A stretch of DNA of 63,965 bases, counting the filler, from Licmophora abbreviata (lineage: Eukaryota), in NCBI GenBank assembly GCA_900291995.1. It is 9 parts of 9 records of this genome, joined end to end, with 100 filler letters (N's around TTAATTAATTAA, not from the genome) between each part and the next. Parts side by side here need not be neighbours in the genome. Positions count along the whole stretch, not along the records: positions 59,267 to 62,609 come from OLMU01001388.1; positions 62,710 to 63,965 come from OLMU01001398.1; 7 more parts are not named here. The stretch is one strand, 5' to 3'. The position numbers were made by a program, and so were the translations under genes. Under the pieces are notes generated by a model, which made no database searches, had not been told where the DNA came from, and saw only the letters and a program-made list of their open reading frames with translations. Below are positions 59,511 through 63,965 of this stretch, in pieces; position 1 is the first letter of the stretch; the number at the start of each line of letters is the position of its first letter.

Positions 59511-62500
59511 ATGGCGACCTTGAGCAAGAGCAACAGTGGCGGCCCGAGCGGTCGTCTCCAGACGAGCGATGCCTCCAACACTCACTCGATCTCCAACATG
59601 AGCAACGCTGCCGCGGCGACGGCATCGCTACAGCTGCTGCTGCGCGAAGATCGCCTGTTGACCCAGCATGAGTTGCACACGACCACGGCCACCAGCACGA
59701 GCGACTCAGCCTTTTCGTACGCTGCTGCGCTGCTTCAACAGAGTGAGACGGGCACTACGCCGTCCTCCTCGTCACTTCAATTGCAGGCACAGACGGCACT
59801 GAGTGAAGTGGAACGAAAACTGACGCTGGTCCAATCGTTGGCGGAGCGTGTCTCGCGCACCTCGCCAGAAGCAGTGGCCGGGCCGCTCCTTCGTCTGCAC
59901 GGATACCAAGACGTTCTGATGACGGACATGGTCGACAAGGAAGAAAAGAGTGATTCTCCAAGTACTCCATCTACACTTCCGACGTCTACAAGTACACTCT
60001 TGTCCATCCGCGAACGCTGCCACCGACTCATGCGTCAAGGTGACGTCCTGGAGACCACCTCCAAGCGTGTCGAGGGGTCTTTGGGACGAGGCTACCAGCG
60101 CATGGAGACTGCTACGACTCGACTGTCGCGTGTACTTCAACTCTCGCAAACCCTGAAATTGGTATTGAAACTGCAGCTTGAAGCTATTCAGCTCACACAT
60201 TTTGACTTGGAGGATGTGCGAGAATTGACACGGGCCGCCGCTTCTGTACGTGTCGTCGAAGACTTGCTCCACCAGCCAGAATTGAGCAAGTCGACAATTC
60301 AAGTGGTCCAAATGATGCGACCGGCATGTGACGATGTGGCACGACAAGTGCGATCGGCCGCACAGGAACTTCTCCGACGCTTCCATTCGCCAGAGTCCTC
60401 TACGACGTCGACCGGCATGATGCAGCTGGGAAATACGCTGCAAGTATACTTTCACCTACAAGAACTGCCTGATGCGACATGGAGTGTCGTAACGCATGTC
60501 CTGTCGACATTGGAAAAGGAACAGGAACAGTCACTCTGGAGTGCAAACAAACTTCAGGCGATTCTTGATACGGCGCAGAATGAAGCTCGTTTGAGCATGG
60601 CGAGTACCTCGTCGTCGTCTTCCTCGAAACCCACTGAAGCGGCGTGGCAGCGCGCATTGTTGAAGAAACTGCGCAGCGCCCGTAGACAGGCAAGTAATGA
60701 CTGGGGACGAAGCGTGCTGTCTTCATCCCAGCACGTCTTTCGGTTGCACCGTGTCCTTTCGCGCAAGACAGACCCGGCATCGCGACAAGTATTTAACAGC
60801 GTCGTCGCCAATGCCGAAATTCCGAAAGAATTTGCCGAATATGATGAGAGCGATCCCACAATCGAGTTTAGCGTCTTCTCGTTGTTTTGGAACAGGTGGT
60901 GTCACGATCTGAAAGAACTGCTACAGTCCATGTTGGAGTCCGACCAGCACAAGGACATCGCAGCACTGTATCCAGCCGTGCGGGCTGCATCGCTGGATAT
61001 GCTTGGAAGGTTGCAAGATGCCATACAAGCCGGAAGTCATTCTAGTAGCATGGAGGATGCGTCTTTGTTGTCGAGCACTACGAACGCGTCGTTATCAGGA
61101 GTTTTGGGAGGCTCGGCAGCGCTGGACGAGGCCGCATGGTCGTCGTCGAACAGCAACGGAGCTATCGGAGCGCTGGCCGATGTGAGTTCCCCTGCGTTGA
61201 AGTCAGCCCTTGGCGCCGACACATGGACACGTGCTCTACGCCTAACGGATGCCGAAGATGGGGCAACTCTCGGTGCGACTTCCTCCTCTACTGCCACAGC
61301 GACGTCGCTGTCTGCAATCTACCAGTCATCTGAGTACAAAATACTCCAGAACGTTGGGCTGCTTCCCTTGCGGCAGGCATTCTTGGAGGCTTGTCGGGAC
61401 CGGCTCTGTGCTCCTCTGCGATTCATGTTTCCTGAAGGCGTGGCGGTCGATGAAGACGGTGTCGCTGTACCTGTCTTGCCGGCGTTGCCATCGCGTTACG
61501 ATCTGCAGAAACTTGATGCCAGCATACGGCAGGAGCTGTCCTTGGCCGATCCACGCGAAGGTGGCGGCGAGCTAAGTATGACGAGTATGATCGCCGAAGT
61601 GGTTGTAGAGATGGTGGAGCAATTCTGTCTACGAGCGAAGGGCGCTGTGACCGATTCAGGTGAAGAGGGCTGTCTGCGCGCGGATGGAAGTGCGACAGAA
61701 GCACTTCAGCACGATATCAAAGTTGCAGGAGTCATGAGCGCATTGTCCACGTCCTTGCGGAATGCCCCCGAGAACACTTTCGTAGTGCCGTACCGCCCCG
61801 CGACTTCAGCGCAGCACGAAGAAGCTGCGAGTCTGTGCCAGATTGCGTTGATGCCAGCCCTGCATGAAATCGAGAGTGTGGTTAGTAACCTCATCCTGAC
61901 ACCAATGTGCCGTGCCCTGAATCGCCGCGTTGCAACAGCTATCTCGAGACTACACCACGGAACTTACTTGGATGAAAGCCTGGCCGGTGCCGAGGGACAA
62001 GGTACCTCATTTGTGCAGAAGCATCTAGCGAACCTATATGACGACATTTCTACCCATCACCTTACTGCGTTGCCAACGGAGTATGCAAGCATCGTCGCCT
62101 CAACGGTAGCCACGTACTCAATTTACACTTTTGTGTCCAACGTATCGTTGGTGCGGCCGCTTGGCGAAAGGGCGCGTCTGCACCTCACGCAGGATCTCGC
62201 CGACTTTGAACTCGCTCTCGAGCAGCTAGTCTTTAAGGCTGGCAGCTCCATGTCGTTATCCCAGGTCGCCAACGGCAAGCCGTACGCGGAGCTACGTGCT
62301 GTGCGCCAGATGCTCTTCTGGACAGGGCTCGAGAACAAGAGCCTTTCAGCTTCGTCGTTGGCCAAGGCTATGCTGCGCGAAGAGTGGGTCAAGGACGTCC
62401 GCCCCTCGACGGTCTTTCATTTTCTATTCTCGTTCGGTCCAACGCTCTTGTCGTCTCCGCACCATTCCAAGAGAATGAGACCCGAGGAGTATGTTCGTAC

Positions 62501-62609
62501 GTTAGTCGTAGTGGATGGATCGATTGACGACGGCGAAGCTAGTGCGTGGATGACGACCATGGCGTGCTGTGACTCCTATCAGCAGCGCGATAGCGTCGAC
62601 ACAGGAGGA
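59511..62609 (+). CDS. COG5: Conserved oligomeric Golgi complex subunit 5 (3' end in gap)
   Basis: Long helical ORF; LQVYFHL, RVLSRKTDP, SLVRPLGERARLHLTQDLADFELAL, YAELRAVRQMLF, LSSPH. Confidence 0.8.
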
Positions 62610-62709
62610 NNNNNNNNNNNNNNNNNNNNNNNNNNNNNNNNNNNNNNNNNNNNTTAATTAATTAANNNNNNNNNNNNNNNNNNNNNNNNNNNNNNNNNNN
62701 NNNNNNNNN

Positions 62710-63100
62710 TTGCACAAACGTCACTTGCTTACGTGGAAGTGACCTGGAATAATCCTGGATCTTACCTGCTCGAGGACGCTGCTTTCGCGATCTCGGCGAG
62801 GAACAAAGCGGAGTGGTGCAACTCGGATTCACGGAGGAGACGTGGGACTGCTGGGTGAATCACTACGTCGGCTACGGCTGGGCCAGTCTCGCGGCCGAAG
62901 AAGTGCAGCAGTACTGGGTGACTCTTGGCTGGTCAGCAGGTAGTTGGATCGGGGTGCTCGACCCTCCACCCTCGGACGCTCTTTCGTGGATACAGTTGAA
63001 TGAGACGGAGCAGGATGCAGCGACGAAGCTTTGCTTTTTTGAGGAGCTGTGGGATCTTATCCCGTTGAGCGATTGGGGAGCTGTGCTGAACAATCCATAG
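62710..63100 (+). CDS. Trp-rich repeat protein, copy 1 (5' partial; 1-bp deletion near 62786 relative to copy 2)
   Basis: QTSLAYVEVTWNNPG, LGFTEETWDCWVNHY, LGWSAGSW, WIQLNETEQDAATKLCF. Confidence 0.65.
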
Positions 63101-63766
63101 GCAAGAGTGAAACACCGAGTGCGGCTGCAGAGGTCCAGGCTACGCCCGCTCCTCCGCGCTGTAGTTTGTGTAGAGCTTATATCAGAGGCGTCGGACCAGC
63201 CGTGTTTGTATGGGACAACATCCCCGTGGCAGAATGAATGCCAGAGGTAACAAGGAATATTCTGTCGGAGATTTCAAGCATGAGGTTGCTTGACGATGCC
63301 CAGCCAAATCTAGCCAGAAGGGCAAAGAGATAGAATTAGAAAGACTATTCAATTTTGTTTAGTTGTAGCGTGGCAGATATGCTGACAAGTGCAGTTTCTG
63401 TCACTTTGGCCACATAAAAGACGTTTGTACCTGCAATCAGAGCTATAGTTCGGCCCCTGCTGGCGATGAGAACTTCAAAATCCCTGCCAGATAGGTTGCT
63501 CTAACGGTGGCAGCGGTCGCAAAAGTGCGGATTCTTGTGTCATTGCCTACGGTACTTGTACTATTTGTCGTCGGGCACACGGGCCTAGATTGGGTTCGAT
63601 GCAAGACTTTGCATTCCATCAGTCGAGTTTAGGTCGACTAGGGAGTCAGTCAGTCGTACGGTCCCTCATCGCGTGGTCTCCATCGCGTCATTGCGTCGTC
63701 ACGCAACAACTCCGCTTCAATCGTTCGAAACACACAGTTTCATCCTCAATATACTTGTATGCAAGC

Positions 63767-63965
63767 ATGGCGCTTGAGTTCCCTTATCCCGTGAACGCTC
63801 TTCGGTACACGCCATGGGGCGATCTTGATGCAGGCATTCAAACCATTTTGCAGACGTCGCTTGCGTACGTGGAAGTGACATGGAACAATCCTGGAACCTA
63901 TCTGCTTGAGGAAGCTGCTTTCGTCGATCTCGGGGAGGAACAAAGCGGAGTGATGCAAATAGGTT
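63767..63965 (+). CDS. Trp-rich repeat protein, copy 2 (3' partial)
   Basis: MALEFPYPVNALRYTPWGDL...QTSLAYVEVTWNNPGTYLLEEAAFVDLGEEQSGVMQIG; absent from the ORF track; clearly homologous to copy 1. Confidence 0.7.
   Translation, partial: MALEFPYPVNALRYTPWGDLDAGIQTILQTSLAYVEVTWNNPGTYLLEEAAFVDLGEEQSGVMQIG

Noticed and set aside
7105..62709. Recurrent palindromic TTAATTAATTAA as a biological repeat or CRISPR-like element
   Set aside because: Always centred in N44 flanks; it is an assembly linker with stops in all six frames.

Overview
Gene-dense eukaryotic nuclear DNA, almost certainly a diatom: it has short spliceosomal introns, bipartite plastid presequences (AAAFAP on TPI, ANAF on DapB) and an FTO homologue. 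It is a draft scaffold with eight artificial 100-bp spacers (N44-TTAATTAATTAA-N44) and several frame breaks that look like homopolymer sequencing errors. About 30 protein genes can be built by hand, including AP-2 mu, CWC21, Rab5, RACK1, SWI3, Nudix, DHHC, FTO, PP2C, ENT, TPR, M16 peptidase, RAD51C, TPI, DapB, DUF179, PWWP, UTP15, RPN8, Pol kappa, GHR and COG5. The window also holds one tRNA-Ala(AGC) and a 5'-truncated CRE-like non-LTR retrotransposon. The strongest novelty candidate is 55219-57348(-), a protein combining an HMA domain, two motifs with the exact spacing of the fungal Cuf1 copper-sensing motif, a putative NLS and an unrecognised N-terminal domain. It may be a diatom copper sensor or regulator and sits head-to-head with a glutathionyl-hydroquinone reductase. 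Other oddities are a probably inactive EndoIII-like protein, a frataxin-like protein lacking its acidic ridge, a membrane App1-like phosphatase with six TP[YF]G repeats, and tandem Trp-rich paralogues. All calls come from motif recognition by eye; no database search was run.
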